NCBI GenBank assembly: GCA_963827235.1
Contig: CAWHAE010000010.1
Coordinates: 640,001 to 704,000, forward strand
Direction: 5' to 3'
Source of the DNA: an uncultured bacterium
Lineage (GTDB): Bacteria > Chloroflexota > UBA5177 > JANWHV01
Length of the DNA: 64,000 nucleotides
Part shown: positions 1-8,712 of the stretch, in pieces
Layout: the number at the start of each line of letters is the position of its first letter
Position numbering within the stretch: position 1 is the first letter of the stretch
The notes under the pieces: model-generated
Databases searched by the model: none
The model's input: the letters and a program-made list of their open reading frames with translations, nothing else
What the model was told of the DNA's origin: nothing
Made by a program: the position numbers and the translations under genes

Positions 1-504
1 CAAGCGCGCGCCGATGTACACCACGTCGACCTCCTCGCCGGCTTCGTGGCGGTGGTAGGTCCACGCTCGCCTCTCCCGGCGATAGATCTCGACGGCCTGA
101 TAGTCGGCGTTCACCAGCATGTACTCCTCAACGCTCGCACAGGACTGGTAATTGCGCAGCTGGCGGCCCCGGTCGACGCGCTCGGTGCTCGGCGAGAGCA
201 CCTCCACCACCAGCCGTGGATATGCTATCTCGTCGTCCTCGGCGTTCTCGGCGTCGCGCTCGTCGCACGTCACGCCGACATCAGGGTACACCTGCACCGC
301 CTCGGAGAGACGAACGCGCATAGCGGAGTTGCAGGCGCGGCACGGCAGGCCGGCCACCGCCCCGGCGAGCAGGCTGAACGCGTTCCCGGCCAGCGTGTTG
401 TGCCGCCGCGTCCCGCCGGCCATGAGGCTGATCGCGCCGTCGAAGTACTCGTGCTTCGGCTCCACGCCGGCCCGCTCCATGGCGCGATACTGCTCGACGG
501 ACAT
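1..504 (-). CDS. Uma2/DUF820-family putative restriction endonuclease (3' end runs off window)
   Basis: Manual minus-strand translation: MSVEQYRAMERAGVEPKHEYFDGAISLMAGGTRRHN...VEVLSPSTERVDRGRQLRNYQSCASVEEYMLV. Typical Uma2 motifs. An in-frame ATC at 534 behind a strong RBS may be the true start. Confidence 0.9.
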   Translation of the reverse strand, partial: MSVEQYRAMERAGVEPKHEYFDGAISLMAGGTRRHNTLAGNAFSLLAGAVAGLPCRACNSAMRVRLSEAVQVYPDVGVTCDERDAENAEDDEIAYPRLVVEVLSPSTERVDRGRQLRNYQSCASVEEYMLVNADYQAVEIYRRERRAWTYHRHEAGEEVDVVYIGARL

Positions 505-629
505 GGGTGCGAACCCGGCTTGCTCAGCGACGATCGTCCTCCTCCGGCGACCGGACCGGCACGGCTTACCTGCCCGCCCGGTCACGTCATGCTGCGATCC
601 TCATGGTAACCCAGGCGAAGGAACCCAGA

Positions 630-720
630 GGGGAGCGGGCGCCTCCGACCGCGGTCGGATGGCAGGGCACGGGGAGCGGGCGCCTCCGACCGCGGTCGGA
701 TGGCAGCAGACGGGGAGCGG
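630..720. repeat. 41-bp tandem repeat (2.2 copies) of dispersed repeat family B, with palindrome TCCGACCGCGGTCGGA
   Basis: GGGGAGCGGGCGCCTCCGACCGCGGTCGGATGGCAG starts at 630 and 671; a third GGGGAGCGG starts at 712. Confidence 0.9.
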
Positions 721-783
721 GGGTGGTGCGGCGGTGGGAGCGGCGAGCCTGTCGAGCATGGGGTGACCTCGCTTTCGCGTATG

Positions 784-833
784 GAACATCTGTTCGACTA
801 TCACCATCGTAGCACGGGATTGGGCAAAGTCAA
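784..833 (-). promoter_or_regulatory. Sigma70-type promoter with a LexA (SOS) box just downstream of the -10
   Basis: Minus strand: TTGACT-16nt-(TGc)TACGAT, then CGAACAGATGTTCC (GAAC-N4-GTTC at 784-795). Confidence 0.7.
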
Positions 834-929
834 GGAAGACATGGTGCGGCCATTTTCGGGTGATCGGCGGCCCGCGGAGCGCCAGGAATCGGCGTTCGAC
901 GCCCCCAGATCAGGGCATCACAGCGCCGG

Positions 930-1340
930 TCACCCGGGAGACCGACCCGCTTCCTCGTGCGCACGCATGTACTCGACAACCTCGATCACTGCCTGAAGCT
1001 TATCGTCGGGAAGCTTGCTCGCGCCATCCTCGACCAGTTGCAGGGCTTCTTCGCGAGCCACCTTGTCTTCCGGCGGCAGCTTCTCGACGCCGAGGCTTGC
1101 CTCGAGATACTCCCCGCCTTCGGCGAAATAGCCCAGAGGCACCTCAAAGAACGAGGCCAGTGCCTCCAGAACGCTGAGACCGGGGTTGCTCATCGCTCCC
1201 GTCCGCAGTTTCCACACGTAGCTCGCCGTGACGCGGTTCCCCGTGGCGCGCTGTACCTGGCCATAGGTGAACTGCCGGCCTTGCACGCTTCGTCGCGCAC
1301 TGAAGAGCCAATCAACCTTCTGCGCAAGTGTCTTGCTCAT
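930..1340 (-). CDS. XRE/EspR-like helix-turn-helix DNA-binding protein
   Basis: TLAQKVDWLF...VTASYVWKLRTGAMSNPGLSVLEALASFFEVPLGYF matches the EspR-like HTH pattern. Confidence 0.85.
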   Translation of the reverse strand: MSKTLAQKVDWLFSARRSVQGRQFTYGQVQRATGNRVTASYVWKLRTGAMSNPGLSVLEALASFFEVPLGYFAEGGEYLEASLGVEKLPPEDKVAREEALQLVEDGASKLPDDKLQAVIEVVEYMRAHEEAGRSPG

Positions 1341-1897
1341 GTATCCACCAAACCCATGTATTCACCCACTCCTTCCGACCTCTCGATAGCCACGCCATTG
1401 CCGGGTCGGCGCGCTGTACAGGTCGCCACGCCGCCACGTTGCAGTCGAAGCCCTCTTGCTCAACAGCACTCAGGGCACGGTCACGTGCGGAGTCTGGAAC
1501 AAGTACGGGAGACATCGGTACGTGGCCGGCGACTACGTGCTGGGAACAGTCACGAATCAGCGAACAGCCAAGATCCGTCAGCAAGCCGTGCCTTCTCGGA
1601 GCACGGCACTACCGAAATCCCGCCAGCGCACCCCACTGCGAATCCGTCCTGCCAGGGCGCGCAACGCCTGTGACTTGCCAGTTGACACAGCACGGCAACG
1701 CACGGCGCCACAAGACGGTAGTTCGCATTAGAACCACTGACATTATACCACCGCGTGCAAGAGCATTCCGAGCGGACAGAGAGGCAAAAGCGCACTCCGC
1801 GCCAAGGAACGTCGCGCACGGTCACACTGTCCGTCCTGGACCGGCCCGGCCGGCATCGCGGCGATTCTCGCGGGCCTGCCCCGCTCAGCGTGCCGCG

Positions 1898-2101
1898 CTA
1901 GGAGATGGACTCCGTGTCCGACTTGAGGGCGCCGTCAACTATGCGTTGTGCATCGAGCACCCCTTCTTCCGAGGCAAACTCAAGCACCAGACTGGCGGCC
2001 TTGAGAGCAATGTCTCGGGTGATTGCGCTCGACACCTTGAAGCTATCCATGAGCAACTCAGCCTCTTGCTTGGTGACCGCGAGCAGTTTTGTCTCTTCCA
2101 T
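1898..2101 (-). CDS. Small hypothetical protein (67 aa)
   Basis: MEETKLLAVTKQEAELLMDSFK...; protein-like composition; AGGTAGG RBS-like sequence upstream. Confidence 0.55.
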   Translation of the reverse strand: MEETKLLAVTKQEAELLMDSFKVSSAITRDIALKAASLVLEFASEEGVLDAQRIVDGALKSDTESIS

Positions 2102-2342
2102 CGGAATACCTACCTGTTCGTACCGATGCGGTTGCGAGCTCGAATATGGCCATCCGCCGTCCATCCAACTTCGCCTCGGCTCCGACTGTGTTCGCTCCTT
2201 CGCGCCTGATTGCTTTCGATTGGCACGAGCGTGCGTACCACCAACTCACATTCTATGTCCAGTGCGTTACACGCGCGTGCAGCGCCGGGCCGGAGGAAAT
2301 CCCGATGAACCGATTCGGATTCTTAGGGAAGAAGTGCGTGGT

Positions 2343-2426
2343 CGGGTCGCCGTGGGTGCCCGGAAACGCAGATGACGCAGATACGAGGAGATGACGCAGA
2401 TGACGTGCGGCGCGAGGCGGTAGCGT
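2343..2426 (+). repeat. Dispersed repeat family A, copy 1 (ACGCAGATG-type units)
   Basis: 80/84 nt identical to 6941-7024; core GGAAACGCAGATGACGCAGAT. Confidence 0.95.
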
Positions 2427-2508
2427 CCGTGGCGAGGTGAGCCGCGCCAACCTGTGCGGCTGTGCACCGGCGTGCTATAGTCAGACCAAGGCGCAGGAGA
2501 ACACCACG

Positions 2509-2730
2509 ATGCAGCACCGGCATCTGAACCACGAAGGATTTACCCCCACAGCAATCGACGACATCATCGATCGAGGCGGCCTGAACGACTGGCTTGATCT
2601 CCGCGCTGCAATACTGGACGACCAGAGTCTACGCGACGATCTGCTCCGCATCTGCGCAGCACACACAGGCGATCCCTACGCACAGCGATACCACTTCTGG
2701 GAGCAGTATGCCCGACACGCGCACACCTGA
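2509..2730 (+). CDS. Putative antitoxin of the downstream nucleotidyltransferase toxin
   Basis: 73 aa, MQHRHLNHEGFTPTAIDDIIDRGGLNDW...; AGGAG RBS; TGcTATAGT upstream; overlaps the toxin start. Confidence 0.7.
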   Translation: MQHRHLNHEGFTPTAIDDIIDRGGLNDWLDLRAAILDDQSLRDDLLRICAAHTGDPYAQRYHFWEQYARHAHT

Positions 2731-3520
2731 GTGGGAGCGCGTGCTCCTCGCAGCAGCGCACCTTCAACGGATCTTGCCCGGCGCAGTCCTGGTAGGCGGG
2801 ACCGCATCAGCCGTGCACGCCCATCACCGCGACTCCACGGACGCCGACCACATCCTGTACGATCTTCGCGACCGCTTCGACGCCGTGCTGGCCGAACTGG
2901 AAGCGGTCGCCGGCTGGAGGACCGCCCGCGTCCAGCGCCCGGTGCAGATTCCCGGCAGCCTCGACGGCATCGACACCGGAATCCGCCAACTGATACGCAC
3001 TCAGCCGCTGGAAACCACGCAGGTCACGATTGAGAACGCCACCTTGACGGTACCGACGGCGCAGGAGGTCCTCCGGATCAAGGCAGCCCTCATCCTGCGC
3101 CGCAACGCGACCCGTGATTACCTCGACGTCGCCGCGCTGTCGGACACCCTCGGGCGGGAGTCGACCCTGGACGCGCTCGCCAACCTGGACGCACTCTACC
3201 CGCAACCTACCGGCGCCTCGGCGCTGCAGCAACTCGCGATCCAGCTGGCACAACCGCTGCCGTTCGACCTGAATACCGTCTCGCTGGCGGAATACAAGCA
3301 CCTCGAGCCACGATGGCATGACTGGAATGAAGTCAAACACGCGTGCACGGACGTGGCTATCGGCCTGTTCGATCGGCTTGGCCGGCAGCGGGCAAAGCCA
3401 ACGTCGCCGGCCGTGCCCCGCGACGAGACCCTGCGCGCCAAGGCGGCCCAGCCGGCCCCGCCGCACACCGCATCAGCACCCGGCAACACGCCGCAGGACA
3501 ACGAGCTGCGTCCCGACTGA
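2708..3520 (+). CDS. AbiEii/AbiGii (DUF1814)-like nucleotidyltransferase toxin
   Basis: AVLVGGTASAVHAHHRDSTDADH (GGTA...R.S.D.D) and LRIKAALILRRNATRDYLD motifs. Confidence 0.85.
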   Translation: MPDTRTPEWERVLLAAAHLQRILPGAVLVGGTASAVHAHHRDSTDADHILYDLRDRFDAVLAELEAVAGWRTARVQRPVQIPGSLDGIDTGIRQLIRTQPLETTQVTIENATLTVPTAQEVLRIKAALILRRNATRDYLDVAALSDTLGRESTLDALANLDALYPQPTGASALQQLAIQLAQPLPFDLNTVSLAEYKHLEPRWHDWNEVKHACTDVAIGLFDRLGRQRAKPTSPAVPRDETLRAKAAQPAPPHTASAPGNTPQDNELRPD

Positions 3521-3599
3521 ACGCACCATCGGGACCCACGGGATAGAGACTAACCCCGAGGAGCACAGGCCGCCACCGCAAGGCATGGGAACAGTGTCC

Positions 3600-3629
3600 G
3601 CGTCCATCCGCGGCTTCCGCGTTTCCGGC
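3600..3629 (-). repeat. Family A-related repeat in inverted orientation
   Basis: Minus strand CCGGAAACGCGGAAGCCGCGGAT versus CCGGAAACGCAGATGACGCAGAT at 2360. Confidence 0.75.
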
Positions 3630-3641
3630 AGGCGCAGCGCC

Positions 3642-4268
3642 CTACTGCAGGGACAGCCTGACCAGCACCGGGCGATGATCCGACACGCCGTCCCACGGCC
3701 CGATCGAGGCGCTCACCGCGCGCCACTGCCGGGTGTGGAACACGTAGTCGATGCGCACCAGCCACATGGGCACGAGCTGGCCGAGCACCGTGAAGCGGCC
3801 GCTGCCGGGAGAGTCCGCGCCGGGGAACGTGTTGCCGAGGCCCCAGCCGGCCTCGCGCCAGGAGTCGACGAGCGCCGAGGTGACGATGCCGTAGGGATTG
3901 TTCTGGTCGGTGCTGTTGAAGTCGGTGGTGACGATCAGCGGCGTGCCGCCCTGCCGCCGCGCGAAGGCGACCAGAGCGCGCGCGTCCTCGGCGCGCCGGC
4001 GGACCTCGGTCTCGATCATGGACGGCCTGAAGATGGTGGAGACGGCGTGCACGCCGGCGACCAGCGTGTGCGCCGTGCCCACGGTGACGTCGACCACGAT
4101 CGGCGTGCCCAGCCACGTGCCGCCGATCCGCAGGCCGGTATCGCGCGCCGGCAGCCGGCTGAGCACGCCCATGCCGCCGTCCGCGTCCGGGTGCAGAAAC
4201 TGGTAGGGATAGCGAGCGCGCAGGTCCCGCGCGATCAGCGCTGCCGTCGCCGGGTTGATCTCCTGGAG
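3642..4268 (-). pseudogene. 5'-truncated duplicate of the EEP-family gene at 7699-8712
   Basis: LQEINPATAALIARDL...SDHRPVLVRLSLQ is near-identical to the C-terminal 208 aa of the 7699 ORF. Homology stops abruptly at ~4268; the N-terminal TM region is missing. Confidence 0.9.
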
Positions 4269-4349
4269 CGACACGCGCAGCGGATGTTGGGGCGCAGCGT
4301 GTGGTGCTTGGCGGCGAGGAAGGCTGCTGCCGGCTCAGGCAGGAGCATC

Positions 4350-4380
4350 GCTCCGCGATCTCCGCGATCTCCGCGTCCGC
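4350..4380. repeat. Short tandem repeat (CTCCGCGAT)n
   Basis: ctccgcgatctccgcgatctccgcgtccgc; 9-nt period, as in family A. Confidence 0.7.
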
Positions 4381-4448
4381 TTGACGGCACGGCCGCCGCA
4401 CTTCGCTCGACTCCCGCACGCGTTGTCGCAGGCATGCGGCTAATTGGC

Positions 4449-6617
4449 TCAGGTCTTCCGCGCTCGCACCGCGGGCGAGGGTGGCGAGGACCAGTCGCTC
4501 GCGCGCCGCCGTGGCACGACGGACTCGTGCTCCCCCGCCGTGCCCCCGCTGCGTGACAGCACGAACCGGCCGACCAGCTCCTGGAGCTGGCTCGCCAACG
4601 CCGCAAGCTCCTGCGCCCCGGCCGCCATCTCCTCCACCGATGCCGTCTGCTCCTCCGTGGAGGCACTGACCTCCTCCGCGCTCGCCGCGCTCTCCTCGCT
4701 CACCGCGGCGATGCTCTCGATGGCACCGGACACCTGCTCCGCGCTCGTGCGCAGCGCCGTACTGGCCTCCAGGGTTTGCCGCGCTACCTCGGAGACCTGT
4801 CCTGCAGCAGTCGACACCCGTCCCACGTTCCCGCTCATCTGCTGAACGGCAACACCGATGCTCTGCACCTGCGCCGTGGTGTTGCTCACCGCACCCAGGA
4901 TGCTCTCCAGCGCGCTCCCTGCTTGCTGGCCCAGCCCGGCGCTGCGTGCTACCTCGGCGTCTCCCTCCTCCATAGCCTGAACCACGTCCCTGACTTGCGC
5001 CTGGATGGCGGCGATGCGCTGGGTAACGCCCTTGGTTTCGCTCGACGCGCGCTCGGCCAGCTTGCGCACCTCTGCCGCCACCACGGTGAAGCCTTTGCCA
5101 TGCTCCCCGGCTCGGGCAGCCTCGATGGCAGCGTTCAGGGCCAGGAGATTGGTCTGCTCGGCGATGTCGTCGATCGCCTCCACGATCTGTCCGATCTCGC
5201 GGCTGCTCTCACCCAGCGCGTTGACCTGCTGGGCGGAGCGGGCGACCGCGGCGCGCACCGAGGCGATGGACGCGATGGTCTGGCGTACCGCCTCACCGCC
5301 ATCCCGGGCCGTTCCTGCTGCCCGTTCGGCCTCGCCGCTCACGGCGGCGACCTGCGTCGTGCTGTCGGCGAGGGCCGTGCGCAACTCGGCCAGGGCTTGG
5401 GCGGTTTGACTGCTGGCGCGGGCCAGCGCGTTGGCGCCGGTCGCCAACTGCTCAACCAGCTGAGTCACGGCGGCGACCTGCGCGGTGGCCTCCGTAGCAC
5501 TCCTGCTCTGGTCGGTGTTATCGCGCGCCACCTCTTCGATGGCGCGGGCGATCTGGGTGCTCGCCTGGCCGACCTGCTGGCTGGCCTGCGCCAGCTGTCC
5601 GCTACCGCTGTCCACCTGCGTGGCACTGGCCGCTACCCGGCCGATCAGATCCGCCAAGGTGCTGCGCGTCTGCTCGTACGCTGCCAGCGTGGCATGCACC
5701 TTGTCCACGATGCCGCGCATCGCCTCTGCCGTCTGACCCGTCTCGTCACGGCTCCGATAGCTCGGCGCCTCCATGGCGACCTCGACGGTTTGCGTGAGGT
5801 CGCCCGTCGCCAGCGCGCCCATGCCCGCAGCCAGCGCGTCGCTTCCCGCCATGACGGAACGCGCCGCGTGCTGCACCTGGGCCAGGGGCCGCGAGACCGC
5901 GCGAGCGATGACGAGGGCGATGCCCAGCCCCAGGAGTACGGCCAGGCTGCCGAGCACGATGCTCAGGACCAGGACGAGCCGTGCCGCGTCCGCCTCCTGG
6001 CTCGATGCCTGATCGATCTCTGCCTGCACGACGTCGATGTAGCTCTGCACCTGGTTCAGGGACGGCACATAGGGAATGGTCGTATAGCCGTAGAAGGCGG
6101 CGTCCCACTGGTGTTTGCGTGCCAGCACGAAGTTCTGCTCGTTGCCCAGCGTGTAGCCACCGTGCCCGTCGACGACGTCGTAGCGGGTGCTGTGGTCGAG
6201 CCCCGCCTTGTCGGCCGCGGTCAGCGGGCCGCTGCCGAAGTAGAAGGTGTGGAAGCGGTTGATCACGGCGCGTTGTGCCGGCGTATCTCCGAGCGCAGTA
6301 GCCGTGGCCAGGGTGGTGCGAATCTGCCCGATCTCCGTGTAGTAGGTGCTGAAGAGCGCTCGCGAGTGGGCAGGGTCGTGGATGAGCGCGCCTTGGGCCC
6401 AGAAGCCGTCGTCGTCGGCGCCCCGTACAAGGACGTAGAGGTCACGGGCCATCTCGCGTGCCGGGTAGAGATGGTGGACCATGCGATCGGCAATCGAGGC
6501 TTGTTGCCGGCTGGCGAGCGTGTCGGCGACGAGCGCGCCGCACATCAGCAGCAGCACTGTACCGAAACCGGCCAGCAGCTTGGGTGTGATTCTCAGGTTC
6601 CGAAACCACGCAATCAT
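4449..6617 (-). CDS. Membrane-bound methyl-accepting chemotaxis protein
   Basis: Two TM helices, a HAMP region and the signature [38 protein letters not shown]. Confidence 0.97.
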   Translation of the reverse strand: MIAWFRNLRITPKLLAGFGTVLLLMCGALVADTLASRQQASIADRMVHHLYPAREMARDLYVLVRGADDDGFWAQGALIHDPAHSRALFSTYYTEIGQIRTTLATATALGDTPAQRAVINRFHTFYFGSGPLTAADKAGLDHSTRYDVVDGHGGYTLGNEQNFVLARKHQWDAAFYGYTTIPYVPSLNQVQSYIDVVQAEIDQASSQEADAARLVLVLSIVLGSLAVLLGLGIALVIARAVSRPLAQVQHAARSVMAGSDALAAGMGALATGDLTQTVEVAMEAPSYRSRDETGQTAEAMRGIVDKVHATLAAYEQTRSTLADLIGRVAASATQVDSGSGQLAQASQQVGQASTQIARAIEEVARDNTDQSRSATEATAQVAAVTQLVEQLATGANALARASSQTAQALAELRTALADSTTQVAAVSGEAERAAGTARDGGEAVRQTIASIASVRAAVARSAQQVNALGESSREIGQIVEAIDDIAEQTNLLALNAAIEAARAGEHGKGFTVVAAEVRKLAERASSETKGVTQRIAAIQAQVRDVVQAMEEGDAEVARSAGLGQQAGSALESILGAVSNTTAQVQSIGVAVQQMSGNVGRVSTAAGQVSEVARQTLEASTALRTSAEQVSGAIESIAAVSEESAASAEEVSASTEEQTASVEEMAAGAQELAALASQLQELVGRFVLSRSGGTAGEHESVVPRRRASDWSSPPSPAVRARKT

Positions 6618-6806
6618 CTGCCCCTCCAGGTCGTTTGAGTCGCCACAAGGCTCATGTCCATCGGCGGGATTCGGCTGGCTTGCCGCTCCCAGAGCGCCGG
6701 TTCGATCGAGATTGCGGAGATGACCAGCAGCTACATCGCTGAACAGTACGTGCGACGATGCACGAGTGGAGGGACCACCCTGGCTTGCACCAACTATCTA
6801 CTATGA

Positions 6807-6833
6807 CTATCGGCAGAGCCAGGTCGTTCTTTA
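6807..6833 (-). promoter_or_regulatory. Sigma28 (FliA/SigD-type) promoter upstream of the MCP
   Basis: Minus strand TAAA-gaacgacctggctct(15 nt)-GCCGATAG, matching the TAAA-N15-GCCGATAA consensus. Confidence 0.8.
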
Positions 6834-6870
6834 GTCTGTGCGAGAAGCATTTCGCAGATGGCGGGCGGGC

Positions 6871-6938
6871 GCCTCCAGCCGCGGCAGGATGGCAGCGTAC
6901 GGGCCGGCCGGGGTACCCACCCCAGTGGGTCGCGGGTG
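6871..6938 (+). repeat. Dispersed repeat family B, intergenic copy
   Basis: GCCTCCAGCCGCGGCAGGATGGCAGCGTACGGG...; related to 630-720 and 38167-38270; its reverse complement matches 35817-35884 at 61/68 nt. Confidence 0.9.
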
Positions 6939-6940
6939 GA

Positions 6941-7024
6941 CGGGTCGCCGTGGGTGCCCAGAAACGCAGATGACGCAGATACGAGGAGACGACGCAGATG
7001 GTGTGCGGCGCGAGGCGGTAGCGT
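6941..7024 (+). repeat. Dispersed repeat family A, copy 2
   Basis: 80/84 nt identical to 2343-2426. Confidence 0.95.
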
Positions 7025-7250
7025 GCACGGCGATCGGGGCGAGCCGGGGCCGGCCACGGCGGCCGGCTCCCGGCATGCCGGACTGCACGGACAGCCTCAC
7101 CAGCACCGGGCGTATCGCCGCGCCTGTTCACGGCGGCAATGCCGTGACGCGCTCGGGACGCCGGCCGCCAACGCTACGTACGTCAGCAGGTGAAGTTGCC
7201 TGCCCGAGGAGGGACAATGTCGATGAGTAGAAAGCTGGTCGAGTACGATC

Positions 7251-7290
7251 GTGCCGCCGAAAGATCAAGATAGTCGCATGGATACACTGA
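7251..7290 (+). pseudogene. xisH: XisH remnant (internal deletion)
   Basis: GTG-CCG-CCG-AAA-GAT (MPPKD, an XisH-like start) is joined to AAG-ATA-GTC-GCA-TGG-ATA-CAC-TGA (KIVAWIH*, an XisH-like end) that overlaps the xisI ATG. Confidence 0.6.
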
Positions 7291-7580
7291 GAGATGCGCT
7301 TCGGCAAGCCATGGAAGGTTATGCGGGCCGCGCGCTCAATGGCTACAGCTACGTGCTGACGAGCGCGGACGAGAGTGTTTTCGCGGTCGTCTCTGTCGGT
7401 CGCGTCCAGGATCGGCAAATCGTCGATACCGGCCTCGTGGCTCGCCTGGCCGGCGGACACATCGTCGTCGAGCGCGATATCAACGACAAGCCCCTCGTCG
7501 ACGCGCTGACCGGGGCGGGCATTCCGCGGGACCGCGTTGTGCTCGCGTATGAGGGCGAATCGGTCACCGAAGCCGCGTAG
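7278..7580 (+). CDS. xisI: XisI-family protein
   Basis: C-terminal HIVVERDINDKPLVDALTGAGIPRDRVVLAY resembles the XisI fold signature; 100 aa. Confidence 0.8.
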   Translation: MDTLRDALRQAMEGYAGRALNGYSYVLTSADESVFAVVSVGRVQDRQIVDTGLVARLAGGHIVVERDINDKPLVDALTGAGIPRDRVVLAYEGESVTEAA

Positions 7581-7656
7581 GGCCGCCAGGCTCACCCACG
7601 CCGTGACGAGCATACCGGCTTACGGACGAGCGTCGCTGCACGATCCGCACCCATAA

Positions 7657-7686
7657 GCGTCCATCCGCGGCATCCGCGTTTCCGGC
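7657..7686 (-). repeat. Family A-related repeat in inverted orientation
   Basis: Minus strand CCGGAAACGCGGATGCCGCGGATGGACGC. Confidence 0.75.
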
Positions 7687-7698
7687 CAGCGCCGCGCC

Positions 7699-8712
7699 CT
7701 ACTGCAGGGACAGCGTCACCAGCACCGGGCGATGATCCGACACGCCGTCCCACGGCCCGATCGACGCGCTCACGGCGCGCCATTGCCGGGTGTGGAACAC
7801 GTAGTCGATGCGCACCAGCCACATGGGCACGAGCTGACCGAGCACGGTGAAGCGGCCGCTGCCGGGAGAGTCCGCGCCGGGGAAGGTGTTGCCGAAGCCC
7901 CAGGCGGCCTCGCGCCAGGAGTCAACGAGCGTCGAGGTGACGATGCCGTAGGGGTCGTTCTGGTCGGTGCTGTTGAAGTCGGTGGTGACGATCAGCGGCG
8001 TGCCGCTCTGCCGCCGCGCGAAGGCCACCAGGGCGCGCGCGTCCTCGGCCCGCTGCCGGACCTCGGTCTCGATCATGGACGGCCTGAAGATGGTGGAGAC
8101 GGCGTGCACGTCGGCGACCAGCGTGTGCGCCGAGCCCACGGCGACGTCGACCACGATCGGCGTGCCCAGCCACGTGCCGCCGATCTGCAGGCCGGTATCG
8201 CGCGCCGGCAGCCGGCTGAGCAGGCCCATGCCGAGGTCGTCGTCCGGATGCAGGAACTGGTAGGGATAGCGGCCGCGCAGGTCCCGCGCGATCAGCGCTG
8301 CCGTGGCCGGGTTGAGCTCCTGGAGGCCGATCACGTCCGCGTTCGAGGCGAGCAGGGCGGCCACCACGCCGGCAGGGTGCTCGTTCGTCTGCAGCATGTT
8401 GAAGGTCTCGACGCTGAGAGCCGGACCGCGCCCCGGCGCCACGTGCTTGGGCAGGAACAGCGGGCCGAAGCCGACCAGCAGAATGCCGAGCACCACCAGG
8501 CAGCCGGCGACCGCCGTGCGCGATCGCGCCAGGGCGGCGCAGACGACGGCGAGGGGCAGCGGCACGAACAGGTAGAGGGCGAAGGCGTTGGCCAGGAACA
8601 TCCACCAGGGGTGGTCGCCGAACGCCAGGCGAAGCAGCAGCCAGGCGAGCACCGCGAGCGCGTAGACCACCGCCGCGGCGTGCAGAGTCCGCCGTATGCC
8701 GAGCCGGTTCAC
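7699..8712 (-). CDS. Endonuclease/exonuclease/phosphatase (EEP) family membrane protein
   Basis: Three N-terminal TM helices; TFNML, ADVIGLQE, TDFNST, RIDYVF and SDHRPV motifs. Start may be GTG 8712 or ATG 8778. Confidence 0.92.
   Translation of the reverse strand: MNRLGIRRTLHAAAVVYALAVLAWLLLRLAFGDHPWWMFLANAFALYLFVPLPLAVVCAALARSRTAVAGCLVVLGILLVGFGPLFLPKHVAPGRGPALSVETFNMLQTNEHPAGVVAALLASNADVIGLQELNPATAALIARDLRGRYPYQFLHPDDDLGMGLLSRLPARDTGLQIGGTWLGTPIVVDVAVGSAHTLVADVHAVSTIFRPSMIETEVRQRAEDARALVAFARRQSGTPLIVTTDFNSTDQNDPYGIVTSTLVDSWREAAWGFGNTFPGADSPGSGRFTVLGQLVPMWLVRIDYVFHTRQWRAVSASIGPWDGVSDHRPVLVTLSLQ

Noticed and set aside
630-720. Possible mini-CRISPR array (palindromic repeats; also 38167-38270)
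   Set aside because: Units are directly tandem or nearly so, with no unique 30-40 nt spacers, only two copies per site and no cas genes in the window.
930-2300. Prophage or ICE immunity region (XRE regulator plus small ORFs)
   Set aside because: No integrase, structural, replication or conjugation genes nearby, and no att-like repeat or tRNA seen.
7014-7025. GGCGGTAGCGTG matches the RfaH ops element (also GGCGGTAGCGT at ~2416)
   Set aside because: It is part of dispersed repeat A, points away from the glycan operon, and RfaH/ops is a proteobacterial system; likely chance in GC-rich DNA.
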